Shown in pieces: positions 32,293 through 43,635 of a DNA stretch of 64,000 bases. The position numbers and the translations under genes are program-made. This DNA is from Prasinococcaceae sp. CCMP 1430 (lineage: Eukaryota; Plantae; Prasinodermophyta). Within the stretch, counting starts at the first letter, position 1. Each line of letters begins with the position of its first letter. The DNA is taken from contig RQSC01000031.1 in assembly GCA_013416795.1 (NCBI GenBank), forward strand, positions 358,573-422,572. Direction: 5' to 3'. Below the pieces are notes generated by a model. The model was not told the DNA's origin, ran no database searches, and saw only the letters and a program-made list of their open reading frames with translations.

Positions 32293-34194
32293 CTACGCGC
32301 GGCCAGCGTCTCGCCGCCCTTGATCATACGCCTCACCCATGCGAGCCTCGAAGTGTGCCCGTTCGCCGTCCTCGAGCATGAGCTGGGAGAGGACCTTCCA
32401 GCCAGGCTCCTGGGTGACCAATAGGTAGTCGTTTTTCGGGTCGAGAGAGTGCGAGTACGCCCCCATGACGACAGAGCACGCCAGTCGCGCGCGCACCAGC
32501 GTTGGTAAGACGCGCATCTCGACCTCGTCCAGCCCCGCCGCCGTCATTGCATATCCTCTCATCATCGCTGCACACGCCTCCACTGGGTCCACCTTGTTGA
32601 GCGCCTGGTACGCGAGGGCGATGGCGATCTCTGCCACGCGCCAGCTGTACACAGCATCGCCGAAGTCGACCACGCCAGCGGCCGCCCCATCGGCGACGAG
32701 GATGTTCTGCTCGTTGAGGTCGTTGTGCAGCGCCTGCTTCGGCAGCCTCTCGGACACAGGCGACACGACTTCCGCAAACTCGCGCAGAGCGCGCGCGGCC
32801 AGCGCCGATCTGGACTCATCGGCAATGCACCCCACGAAGCCCCCCACGGCTGCAAAGCGAGCGAGGTCCCACAAGTGCTCGCGGCGAAGCGCTGGCGGGA
32901 TAGGCTCCATCTCGCCCAGCGCACGCGCCACCGTGCCGATGAGCCTGCCACAGTCGACCCAGAGCGCCTCCGTCTGCTCGAGGTCCTCGACCAGCGTCTT
33001 GCCCTCAACCCAACGTAGCAAGCGCACTGCGTGGCGCCCACCGATGTGACCGCTTCCGCCACCACTGCCCCCGCCCTCGCTTTCGCCCTCTCCCCCCGCC
33101 CCGCCTATGGATACGCCGAGCGCGGTGAACGCCCCCGCGTGCTCACCGCCGGTGCACACGACAGGCGTGGGGCATGGCACGCCCGCGCCCGCCACCGCGA
33201 GCATCATAGAGTTCATCGCCTCGAGTAGCGGTGCGTTGTCGCTCTCGACGCCGTTGTGCACTTTGAGCACGTACCGCGCGCCGCCAGAGGCGTCGCGCAC
33301 GGCGTAGTTGCGGTCATCGTACGACACGAGCTCGCGCAGCACCTCAGGAGAGGATACGCCCCAGCGCTCTTCCAGGAGCGACCGCGCGGCCGCGGCTGGC
33401 AGCTCAAGCGGCTTGCGTAGCTTGCGCCTCTCCTCCTCCTCCGCGCAGCGCCGAATGGCGTCGTCGCCCTCGGCCTCGGCATCCGCATGGGCTTCGGCGC
33501 CGTCATTCGCACCGTCCGGGCCATCCAGCGTGCCGCCCTCGACGAGGTCCCTCCGCTTGAGCTCCACGAGGCAAATCTTGCGGACTCCGCGCGTGATCTT
33601 CGACACGGCGTGCTCGGTGCGCGGCGTCGAGTAGATGACGGCGTCTCCCCTGTCCAGCGAGAGCGGCGTCGGCTCGTCGTTGGGCCCCATCGACAGCACG
33701 CCGCCGTCGAAGTCCTCGCCGTGCTGCGCGCACATGACGATGGTGTTAAAGGAGCTCGTCGGATTGTCGAGGTGCCACGGGCACTCATGGCCGTCCGAGT
33801 ACGTGATGTGTCGCACGTCTTGTGCGTGCGTCACCAGCTCCAGCTCCTCGGCGTCAACGCCGATGGCGCCGCCGAAGCCGTCCTTGAGCGACTGGACGCG
33901 CTCGAGCAGCCATGGGAAGCGCTTCGCCAGCGGCGCGGGTTTAGAGAAGAGCTGGGCGACCGCTGGCTGCCCGGGATCGTACTCGTCGCCCGGCTGGAGC
34001 TCCTCGCCGTCGAACGTGGTGCGGCTCACGCCAGCGCTGCCGCCGCCGCCGCCATCCGCGAACCACGCGTTGAGCTGGTCAACCTCCTCGCGCGAGCAGA
34101 AGCCGCGTGCGACGGCGTACGCCGCGGGCAGGTGGTCCTGCGCGGCCGCTCCGAAGAGCGCGCGCGACGTCGACGGCCGCGCGTTGCGCAGCAC
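32293..34194 (-). CDS. Fusion of a 2OG-Fe(II) dioxygenase (PKHD-type) and a hydroxylysine kinase-like (APH) phosphotransferase; start codon not identified
   Basis: N-half: WHLD...DFDGGVL...RGDAVIY...EHAVSKITRGVRK (HxD...H...R). C-half: LVSYDDRNY, YVLKV, HAVRLLRWVEG, LWDL, LHNDLNEQNILV, GVVDFGD, EIAIALAY. Confidence 0.85.
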   Translation of the reverse strand: MLRNARPSTSRALFGAAAQDHLPAAYAVARGFCSREEVDQLNAWFADGGGGGSAGVSRTTFDGEELQPGDEYDPGQPAVAQLFSKPAPLAKRFPWLLERVQSLKDGFGGAIGVDAEELELVTHAQDVRHITYSDGHECPWHLDNPTSSFNTIVMCAQHGEDFDGGVLSMGPNDEPTPLSLDRGDAVIYSTPRTEHAVSKITRGVRKICLVELKRRDLVEGGTLDGPDGANDGAEAHADAEAEGDDAIRRCAEEEERRKLRKPLELPAAAARSLLEERWGVSSPEVLRELVSYDDRNYAVRDASGGARYVLKVHNGVESDNAPLLEAMNSMMLAVAGAGVPCPTPVVCTGGEHAGAFTALGVSIGGAGGEGESEGGGSGGGSGHIGGRHAVRLLRWVEGKTLVEDLEQTEALWVDCGRLIGTVARALGEMEPIPPALRREHLWDLARFAAVGGFVGCIADESRSALAARALREFAEVVSPVSERLPKQALHNDLNEQNILVADGAAAGVVDFGDAVYSWRVAEIAIALAYQALNKVDPVEACAAMMRGYAMTAAGLDEVEMRVLPTLVRARLACSVVMGAYSHSLDPKNDYLLVTQEPGWKVLSQLMLEDGERAHFEARMGEAYDQGRRDAGRA

Positions 34195-35285
34195 GCGCGC
34201 CTCGCACTCGCGCTCGCGCTCGCCCCCCGCGCACCCCCCCCCGCGAGGCGAGCGGCGTCCCCGCCGGCCGCGCCGGGACGCACGCGGCCGCCGCCGGGGG
34301 GGTCGTCGGCTTGTTGAGGTTAGGGTTGAGGGTTAAGGGTCGCACTTGTGGACCCTACAAGCGAAGCCGACCCGCTCCCATTCCCATGTGCCAGGCAGGG
34401 CCCGCAGCAGTGAAGGTCAAAACGCGTGCTGCACAGCAGTCACTCTCGACACACACGCACACACAGAGACCGCATGGGCGCCGGATTCGTCGCGAGCGAT
34501 ACGGAATCCACCCCGCGCAATGAGGTTCAAAATGACCACGCAAATGGATTCAAAATGGTCCAAAGTTTCGTCAAAACGTGGTGGATTCCCAGCCGCCGCG
34601 CAGCCGCCGCGCAGCGGCAGCGGCAGCGCCGCGGGGGCGCGGCCGCCCGCGCCGCGTAAGCATCGCCTCGGCGCCTCGCCCCCATTTCGGTCAGGACGAA
34701 ATAGGGTTCGCAATGCGTCGCTTTTCGAGTGCGATGTGACCGAGGTCTCTCGCGGAGGTCGCGTTGAGGTTTCGCGCCCGCGCGAAAAGAAATCCGCGCG
34801 CGCGCCACGCGCGCTCGAAAGGCGCCACGCGCGCGCGCGCGCGCGCGCGCGAAACCCGAACCGCGCCCCGCGCGAGAGCACGCGTCAAATCGAACGCGAC
34901 GCGCGACGCACTTGAAACCCTATATGATCCTGACCGGAATGACCCGTTCGTAAACCCGCGCGCGCGCGCGGGTTTTGCGCGCGCGGGGCCGGGGCAGGGC
35001 GGCCTGGGGCGGGCCACACTCGCGACGCGGCGGCAGCCGGGGAGGCGGAGGCCGGCGGGGGGAGTTGCGGGAGCGGAGGGAGGGAGGGAGAGCGGGACGG
35101 CTGCTCGCTGAGGCGCGCGGCGGTGGCGCACGGCGCAGCACGCGGCGGCCTTCGTGGGGGCGGCGGGCGGGCGCAAGGACGGGCTTGGGCCACGGCGCTT
35201 CCGCCTCTCGCTTCTCGCTCAGGGGGTGAGGGGTGGGTGGGTGGGTGGAGGGCGCGTGCGTGCGTTGTGCTGGAGTGAGGCAGCA

Positions 35286-36436
35286 ATGGCGGCAGTGGCG
35301 ATGGCGGGCGGTGCCGCGCGCTGCGCGGCGTGCACGGGCGCGCGCGCCGCGGCTCCGCGCCGCACCGCGGCCAAGGTGCAGCACCGCGCAGTGCGCGCCC
35401 ATGCAGGCGCGGCTGTTGAGGAGGCCGCCGACGACGCGGAGACGGCCGACCTGCCGACACCGGTCGTGATTATCGACAACACGTCAGACCCTGCTGCCAC
35501 CATCGTCAAGGTGAGAGCGCGTGAGCTTGCGGACCCCGTGGCCCTGCGCGAGCAGCGCGCATCGCCTGCGCACCCGCGCAACCTCGGCCCGGAGTGGTGG
35601 TGCTCTCCGCCCCATGAGCATCTTTGCGCGCCGCCCACTCGTCGCGACGCTCTTGCGTCTGGGACAAGGGAGCGCACGCGGGCGCTCCGTGCGACCTTGT
35701 CAGAGGCGCTCTGTCCGCCGGCGCTTGCTCGCCGTGCCAGCATGGGAACGCGAGGCGGCGCCGCGCGCCCCCGCTGTCATTGTTTCAGTGCCTCCCTGGA
35801 GCGAGTATCTGACCAGTCACGCGCCCGTACCGACACGCCCGTCGCCTCGTCCGCCGCGTGTGCGCGCCCGCGCAGGTGCAATTCGGTGACCGCCTGGGCC
35901 TGCTGCTCGACACCATCGAGGCGCTCCGCGACCACGACCTCGACATCGTGCGCGGGCTTTGCGAGACCGAGGATGAGCAAGCGACCAACAGCTTCTACGT
36001 GACGGGCATCGATGGCGAGAAGGTGACGGACCCGCAGCGCATCGAGGACATGCGCCTGACGATTATCAGCAACATGGTTGAGTACCACCCCGAGGCGGGC
36101 GCCAAGTTCAACGAAGGCCCGTCCCACCCCAAGTCCCAGGAACCCACCAAGATCAGGGTGCGCGACTCGGAGGACGGCAAGTGCAGCTTGGTAGACATCA
36201 GCACCCCCGACCGCGCGGGCCTCCTCATCGACATCGTCAAGACCTTCAAGGACATCAACGTGAGCGTCTTCTCGGCGGAGATCGACACCGAGGGCCTCGT
36301 TGCGAAGGACACCTTCCGCGTGACCTATCACGGCCTGCCGCTGGACAAGAACATGTCGACGCTCGTGAAGAACGCGCTAATCTACTACCTCGCCAACCGC
36401 GGCAAGGGGACCGACCTGAACGAGGACAGCTACTGA
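35286..36436 (+). CDS. Plastid ACT-domain repeat protein ACR11/ACR12-like; intron 35511-35875
   Basis: Transit peptide, then LPTPVVIIDNTSDPAATIVK|VQFGDRLGLLLDT...IRLTIISNMVEYHPE...TPDRAGLLIDIVK...SAEIDTEGLVAKDTFRVTYHG...EDSY. Confidence 0.9.
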
Positions 36437-36792
36437 GCTGTGCGCTCTGCCGTAGCGGCCGCTGGTCCCGCGTGTAGCGCTGCCGTGGCGGCCTGCGCCC
36501 CGTCGGGCTTCACGCCGAGGGCGCAGCCCTGCCGAGGGTAACGTGAGGGCTGCACTCAGATTGAGTGGCCGCCAATTTGACCTCTGCGCCACGGCTCACC
36601 TGTCAGCGCGGTTGAGCGCGGCGGCCATCCGCGTCACGCGCTGGGCGCAACGCGCGCGGCCAACCGCAGACCACGTGCATTTACTGTCTGCCGGGGGGGA
36701 GGGGATGGGGGGGGGCGCTCTCTGCGCGGTGCTTGGCGGCCCTGCGGCTAGCCAGCCGACGCGCAGCGCGGCGCCTTCGTTCCTGGCGGCGC

Positions 36793-38496
36793 CTACTCCA
36801 CGACAGCGTTCTCACGCAGGTACGCGAGCACCTGCTCCGCCTGCAGCAGCTCGAGAGCCTGCTCCCTCACGCGCTCCGGGTCGTACTCCTGCCCGAAGCG
36901 CCTGAACTCGTCCTCCGCGTTGTCGCACTCCTGCTGCAGGCGCGCCTCGTCGAAGGTGAGGCCTTCACGCTCGAAGATGTCCGCGACCGCCAGCGCCTGC
37001 TTCACCTTCGCTGTGATCTCCTCGCGCTTGCCCGCGATGTAGTTGTTGACAAGCGCGGGGTCGCTCAGCTGCACGAGCGCCTCCGGCCCGACTGTGCCCG
37101 CCGCCTGCATCTCGAGCAGCCGCCCCGCGTACTGCTCGCGCCCCTGCTGCTCCACCAGCGTGCGCGGCACGCCCGACACAACCATGGGTGCCAGCGCATC
37201 GAGCAGCTGCCCCTGAAGGTCGAGCTCGTCGCGCTCAGCCGCCTCGAGCGTCTTGGCCTCGAGCAGCGCCGCACGGCAGCCAGCGAGGTCGGTGAAGCCC
37301 TGGCCAGGGAACATGCGCCCAACAAGGTCGTCGTCGAGTTCGGGCAGCTCGCGCTCGAAGATTTCGGTCATCTTCGCCTTGACGGTCGCGTTCTTGCCGC
37401 GCAGGTTCGCCTGGCCCCAGTCCTCGGGGAAGGTGATGTCATACTCGATCGTCTCGCCCACAGACTTGCCCAGCAGTCCCTCGACGAAGCCCGGTAGCAG
37501 CGTGTTCGCCTGATCTGTTTCGATGTTGTACGCCTTGCCCTGCACTGCCATGATGGCGTCGCCCAGGGTGCCATCGTCCATCTTGTGGAAGGTTTGGAAG
37601 TCAGTGATGGCCATGTCGCCCTGCTCGAGCACTCCCTCGCCCTTCACGCGGAGGGTGCCCAGCTCGCGGCGCTTCGCGGCAATGTCCGCCTCGGCGCCCT
37701 CAACGAGCTCGGCCTCGGTCAAAGGGGTGGGAGTCTTCACCCTGATGGCCTGCACGTACGCGAGCGCGAACGAGGGCGAGCGGAGGCGCGCGCGCGCGTC
37801 AGCGGCGGCAAGCGCGGCGGCGAGAGAGCAGCACGCCACGCAGAGGGCGCGCGCTGCTGGTGCTGACGGTACGGGCGCCGCTCGCGGTCGTACCTTGTAG
37901 CAGTCCTCTGACTTCCACTCGAGCACCGGGTTGACGTCGCATGTCACGACGTACTTGAAGTCGCCCTCGCCGTCCGCCTGCTCGATGAGCTCCTCCTTGG
38001 GTGTCATGATGGCCTCCGAGTCCTGGATGGCGTCCGAGGCGACGGCGCCCATCGCTGTCGCGATGGTATGGCGCAGCACGGCCTCGACGACGCGGTCGCG
38101 GACCTCCTCCTCGCCGACCTCGCCGATGATCATCGAGCGGGGCGGAGCCTTGCCCTTCCTGAAGCCGTCGATCTTGATGGAGCGCCCGAGCTCCTTCATG
38201 ATGCCCTCGAACAGGTACGCGTGCATCTCGGCAGGCACGCAGACGTCGAGCTCCACGCGGCAGTTCTCTTTGGAGGTCTTGATGACCTTAACGCCCTCGA
38301 GCGAGGGCGCCTCGTCAACCACCTCCTTGGTCTTGCCGAAGCCCGCCTGCGCGGCCGCGCGCGCGCGCCGCGGCGCGCGAGCGACGACGCGGTGTACCTC
38401 GACCCGGCGCCCGCCCGCGGCCCCGCCGCCAGCGCCCGCGCACCTCTGCTGCGGGCCGCCGCCCTCCAAAACCCCCAAACAAACACAAAAAAACAT
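36793..38496 (-). CDS. TIG: Chloroplast trigger factor (FKBP-type PPIase chaperone); in-frame intron 37750-37893; start uncertain
   Basis: IKIDGFRKGK ribosome-binding motif, GDMAITDF, LLPGFVEGLLG...ITFPEDWGQANLRGKNAT, ELPELDDDL. Confidence 0.93.
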   Translation of the reverse strand: MFFCVCLGVLEGGGPQQRCAGAGGGAAGGRRVEVHRVVARAPRRARAAAQAGFGKTKEVVDEAPSLEGVKVIKTSKENCRVELDVCVPAEMHAYLFEGIMKELGRSIKIDGFRKGKAPPRSMIIGEVGEEEVRDRVVEAVLRHTIATAMGAVASDAIQDSEAIMTPKEELIEQADGEGDFKYVVTCDVNPVLEWKSEDCYKVRPRAAPVPSAPAARALCVACCSLAAALAAADARARLRSPSFALAYVQAIRVKTPTPLTEAELVEGAEADIAAKRRELGTLRVKGEGVLEQGDMAITDFQTFHKMDDGTLGDAIMAVQGKAYNIETDQANTLLPGFVEGLLGKSVGETIEYDITFPEDWGQANLRGKNATVKAKMTEIFERELPELDDDLVGRMFPGQGFTDLAGCRAALLEAKTLEAAERDELDLQGQLLDALAPMVVSGVPRTLVEQQGREQYAGRLLEMQAAGTVGPEALVQLSDPALVNNYIAGKREEITAKVKQALAVADIFEREGLTFDEARLQQECDNAEDEFRRFGQEYDPERVREQALELLQAEQVLAYLRENAVVE

Positions 38497-39230
38497 CACG
38501 CGCCTCAAAACACCTCAATCCCCGCTTTTTAAATAGTCGCTTCACACTCGCTTGTTTCGATTCGACGGAATTATACATGAGATATCGCCGCACGCGGACC
38601 CCCCGCGGCGCCCGCCTGGCGGCGGGCGCCCTCCGCGGCGCGCGCCCTTCGGGTTTTGTTTGGGGTCGGTGGTGCGGTGTTAGGGTTCGTGACCGCGCCT
38701 CGGATCGGCGCGATCCCGGTCAGTTCATTAGTCCTGGGTACGCCGGCGCATCCGTACTCGAGACCTGGTACCGACGCGCGTCCTGCAGCATTCCGGACCC
38801 GGGTCCGATTCGGCATCTCCCATCTGTCCGTCTGCAGGCCGGTACTGGGCGCGCGCGCCGCGTCTCTGATCGGCGGCGGGCTCCGCGCGGTGCAATTGTT
38901 GTAGGGTTCGCGCGCGCACGCGCCCCCGGCGGGAATCTCTTGCGCGTCATGGGGACGTTCGCCGGTCGTCCCCGCCGGCGCGCGCGCCTCCGAGGAATTG
39001 AACCCTAACCCGATCCGGAACGACGCGCGGGCGCACCGCGGCGGCGCGGCGGCGCGGGCGCCCGGCAATGGAGGGGTGGGGGATAGCATGTGCTCCAGGT
39101 CGTTGGCGCTGCCTCTGCTCGCCAGTGCGCATGGCGCTCATTGAGAAGGAGAAGGTGAGCGAGTGGGGTTGAAGGGGCGGGCGGGGCGGCGATCGGCCGG
39201 GCGAGGGCGCCAGGGGGTGGTGCAGAGGCG

Positions 39231-40625
39231 GTGGTGGCCCAGAGTGCGCGCGCCAGAGTGCGCGCTGCAGCGGTCACCACCGTCAGCGCGCCCGATGAGG
39301 GAGAGGCGGGTTCGGCAGGGCAAGATCCGGCAGCCGATACCGTCGATGCTGCAGTCGACGGCGATGAGCACGTCGCGGCAAAGATGGAGGCTCTGAAGAA
39401 GACGCTGCTGCTGGGCGTGCTCTTCGGTATGTGGTACCTCTTCAACATATACTTTAACATCTACAACAAGCAGGTGCTCGGGGCGACGGCGACACCGTTC
39501 CTGAACACGGCCCTGCAATTCGCCATCGGGGTCGTGTTCGCGGCGATAATGTGGGCGACAGGCTTGCACAAGGTGCCCACGGTAACGAGGAAGCAGCTGG
39601 TGACGATCCTCCCGCTGGCGCTCGTGCACACATTCGGCAACTTGCTCACCAACGTGTCGCTGGGCAAGGTGGCCGTGAGCTTCACGCACACTATCAAGGC
39701 GCTGGAGCCATTCTTCTCTGTGGCGCTCTCCTCGATCTTTCTCGGCGCGCCAGTCACCTTGCCGGTGGTCCTGTCGCTCACGCCTATCGTGGCGGGCGTC
39801 GCGCTGGCGAGCGCCACGGAGGCCTCCTTCAACTGGGCTGGCTTCGGCGCAGCGATGGGCTCGAACCTCACCTTCCAGAGCCGCAATGTGCTCAGCAAGA
39901 AGGTGCGCGGCGCGGATCGGGTCGGAGCGATGCAGTTCCAGGCGTCTGCGCGGGCGCGTTTGCGCCAGTGAGACGCGCGGCAACGCGTTGGCTGCAATCG
40001 GGGCGCTGCTGTCGTCCTCGCGCGCGATGCGATTCGCGTCCTCTCTTCCAGCCCTCCACCCTCCTTCCTGCTCCCCCGACGGGGGCGCGCCCGCGCTTTC
40101 GCGTGTGCTGACGTGTCCGCTGCGCCCGCGCGCCCCGTCGCTCCTTGTGCGTGCTCCTTCGCTGCGGCCGCCGTCCATTCACGCGCGTGGCGCGCTCATG
40201 AACAGGTGATGACCGGTGACTTCAAGAAGGGCCTTGACAACATCAATCTGTTCTCAATTATCACCATCATGTCGTTCTTCATCATGACGCCCATTGCGCT
40301 CGCAGTTGAGGGCATGAAGCTCGCGCCGTCTAATCTCGCCACCATGGGACTCGATCCGGCCGCAATCCTGTACAAGGCCGTCTGCGCTGGGCTGCTTTTC
40401 CATGCCTACCAGCAGGTGAGCTTCATGATCCTCGAGCGGGTAAACCCTGTCACGCACTCCGTCGGCAACTGCGTGAAGCGTGTGGTCGTCATCGCCTCGA
40501 GCATCATCTTCTTCCAGACGCCGGTGTCGACGCTCAACATCGTTGGCACCATCATCGCACTGTCGGGTGTCTTCCTGTACGCACGTGTGAAGTCGTCGGA
40601 GCCGGCAGCAAAGAAGACTGCATAG
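39231..40625 (+). CDS. Plastid phosphate translocator (PPT/TPT family); intron about 39903-40205; 5' exon unresolved
   Basis: [87 protein letters not shown]. Confidence 0.93.
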
Positions 40626-41041
40626 GGCCCGCACCCCGGCGTTGTGCTCATCGCGCTCGCGCGGACAACCGGTCGCGTGGATTAATAGGATTATGTCAGC
40701 GCCGGCCAGCGCACTCCCGCGTGCAATGCCACGCATCTAATACATTCATTAATTGGTGTCAAGAACCCGCAGCAGGCCGCGCCGGTGCGCTAGCACAGCC
40801 GTGCGCGCGCACAGCCGGCAGAGTGGGCGTGGGTGTCCGAGGCGTGGCGAGGAAAGAGCATCCGCGCACCATGGCGCTTGTGCTGGCTAGGCTAGCGCTG
40901 GCACTCTTGAGGAACGCAGCTTCGGTCTCCTTACATGCAGCAGCACCGCACAATGTCGCGGCGCGACGCGCAGCCGCTCGGTCACGAAGCCGACGCATTA
41001 ATTCTCAGGGGTGGGCGCACCGCGAGTAGCACACGGAGAAT

Positions 41042-42374
41042 CTACTCCTTCTGCTTCATGCTCTGGATGGCCTCCTCGTCCATGGCGCTCACGACGATCA
41101 CGTACACGTCGTTGCCGGCCTCGAAGGACTCCGTGATCTGCTTGGCGAGATCCGCGTCGTTGGGCATCTTGAGGTCGTCCTTGGTGTCGCCATCCTCGGT
41201 CATGAGGGACACCTGAGGTTTCGCGTCCGCCAGAGCAGGTCGAGGACAGATGGGTGGACGCGCACACAGTCAGCATCGAGGGGAGAAAGACGCATGGAAC
41301 GGACGGGGGCGCCGCCCAGGGTGGCGCACGGCGCGAGGGGGCGAGGGGGAAACAGAAGGCGCAACGACGACACCCGTAGTCGCGCCTCGCGTGTGCACCA
41401 CCCACGCAACCGCAGGGAGAGCGCAACCGCGCGCGCGCGCGCACGCGCAGCGCACGCGCTGCGCACGCCCAGGACAGACGCCGCAATGGTCACGGCTGGG
41501 TCGCGCGCCCCCGACTGCAAACGCCATTGCCCCCCGCAGCGCGCGCACATCGGTCACACAGCACGCAGCGCGCGGCGCGCAGTCGCCGCGCCGCGGCGCG
41601 CATCGCAGTCGTGTCCCTCGAGGGGCCGGACCAGCCGCGCGCGCGCGCGCGGGGGGGGGACATGCGCGCGGCGCCCGCTCGCTCCGCGCGCCACGTACGA
41701 AGCCGTCCTCCTCGTCGATGTCGAGCAGCTGGTACTCGGTGCGCTTGACGTGGGGCACCTGTGCGCGCGGGGTGCGGAAGGGAGGGCGGCGGGTGCGGGG
41801 AGGGCGCGGGGGCAGCGCAGCGCGCGCGCGCGAGGGGTGGGCGGGTGGCGAAACCACGGTGGCGGGGGCGGGTGCCATCGATATCGAACGCTCTCCTTCG
41901 TCAGCATAACCCACGGGCGACTCCAATGCGCGCGGCGCGCCGGCCCGCGCGGCGCGCGCCCGAAAAAGGGACAGAAAATCGAAGCAGAAAAAAAAGCCGC
42001 GGTTCGCGCGCGGCGACGGCGTCAGCGCCAAGTTCCACGTGCCCGTGCCGCAGAAGGCCACCGAGCTCTACGAGCTGCAGCGGCGGCGGCGGCGCTGCGT
42101 GGACNCGCCCGCGGGGGCGGCGATCCCAGCTCTCCCGAGCGCAGAGCAGCCGCATCGCGGCGCCCCGGCCGCGCACACGCGCGTGCGCGTGCGCCTCCGG
42201 GACGCGTGCGTGCGCGTGCGGGAAGGGGGGAGCGTCCGCGGCGCCGCGCACCTTGCACGGGCGGTTCTTGATCACGATGTGGCCGTTCTTGCGGATGTTG
42301 CCCGCCTGCATCGGGAAGGTGGTGGAGGCGCCGGCATCGGCGGACTCGAACTGGAGGTCGGCCTCGTCCGCCAT
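41042..42374 (-). CDS. eIF5A: Translation factor eIF5A; the exon with the hypusine loop is not visible
   Basis: Exon MADEADLQFESADAGASTTFPMQAGNIRKNGHIVIKNRPCK|, exon VPHVKRTEYQLLDIDEEDGF|, and exon VSLMTEDGDTKDDLKMP...VVSAMDEEAI. A single N lies at 42105. Confidence 0.93.
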
Positions 42375-43047
42375 GGCGGCTGTCAGGGGGTTGGCGCTCC
42401 GGGTTCGGAGTGTGGCGCACCGCCCGCGCCCGCGGCCGCCCACAGGTCCACGCGCGCACTTGCGCACGCGTGCAGCATTTTTTTTTCTCCTTATTTTCTT
42501 TCTTCCCCAGGGGGCCGCCCCGCGCGTTCGCCGGCCCGAAATGCGCGACGTTCCGCGCTTTTACCCCCCTTCCCCAGCAGCGGCGCCGACCACGGAGCGC
42601 ACCTCGGCGCGTTCCGTCCTGCCAAACCCGAACGCGCGCCCGCGCCCGAAAAAGCGGGATAATAATCGCGGTCTCGCGGCTGCGGGGCGGCGGCTGAAAA
42701 CCGCGCCGGAGGGACCCCTTCATCAAATCAAATTGAATCGTATCAAAATGCATGCTGTTTGTGCTGTGGTTGGCACATGTGTTGGGGTCGCGTGGGATTT
42801 GACGTCGTGTTCTTCTCCTTCTCGCAAAAAAAAACATACATCAAAACCCATCGCGCGTGCTGGTAGCCCCGCACGGCCTTTTTTGGTGCTGTCACCACCC
42901 TCATGAAAAAGATCGTCTACCCTTTTTTTACGGGCGCGTAATTTCGACGTGGAGTAAACGACGGAAAACATCCGCGAGGAAGAACGCGCCCTGGAAGCTT
43001 CGCTTTGGCCTTCGGAGGCTGCCTCGTTGGCTGGTGCGCCCGTCTAG

Positions 43048-43635
43048 CTAGGGGCGCATGGCGCTGCCGGCGTGGCCGCCCGCGTACATGAACTGCGTGT
43101 TGTCGCCCTTGCCAGCGTCGTGCGCCGACTTAAAGCCCGTGGCCACCGCGGCGAAGATGCTGAGGATGAGGAAGCCGGCAAGCGCACCGCCGGCGATCAC
43201 TGCCACGCGCAGGTTGTTCACGACGAAGTCTTCGATGTCCGACTGGTCGACCTGACCTTCGTCGGTCATGCAGTTTTCCGGATCCTCCGCGCACCATTCG
43301 GCGACGTACTGCGAGACGGCACTCAGGTTGAATGCGCAGCCCGTGGCGGTGACGATCAGCGCGGTGTAGAGGCACAGCAGCAGCAGGATGTACAGCATGA
43401 TCGACATGCGGCTCTTCGAGGCCGCGAAGCAACCCAGCAGGGCCACGACAAGAATGCCTGCGCCGAGCACGACGAGCGAGGGGCCCGCCCACTCGACGAG
43501 CTCGGGCACTTCTGGGAGGTCCTCGTGGTGCGAGCTGGCATCGGAGATGATGTACCCTCCCGCGCCCAAGATCGCCACGGCCACGACCAAGAGGATGCCG
43601 TTGGTGATGCGCAGGAAGCCCGTTACGAGAGCCAT
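43048..43635 (-). CDS. Tetraspanin-like four-TM protein
   Basis: FLRITNGILLVVAVAILGAGGY, GILVVALLGCFAA, YILLLLCL and a fourth TM helix after a short Cys-containing loop. The canonical CCG motif is not seen. Confidence 0.65.
   Translation of the reverse strand: MALVTGFLRITNGILLVVAVAILGAGGYIISDASSHHEDLPEVPELVEWAGPSLVVLGAGILVVALLGCFAASKSRMSIMLYILLLLCLYTALIVTATGCAFNLSAVSQYVAEWCAEDPENCMTDEGQVDQSDIEDFVVNNLRVAVIAGGALAGFLILSIFAAVATGFKSAHDAGKGDNTQFMYAGGHAGSAMRP

Noticed and set aside
34316-34340. Degenerate telomere-like run gaggttagggttgagggttaagggt as an interstitial telomere or chromosome-fusion scar
   Set aside because: Only about four imperfect units and located in a promoter; treated as a telo-box-type element.
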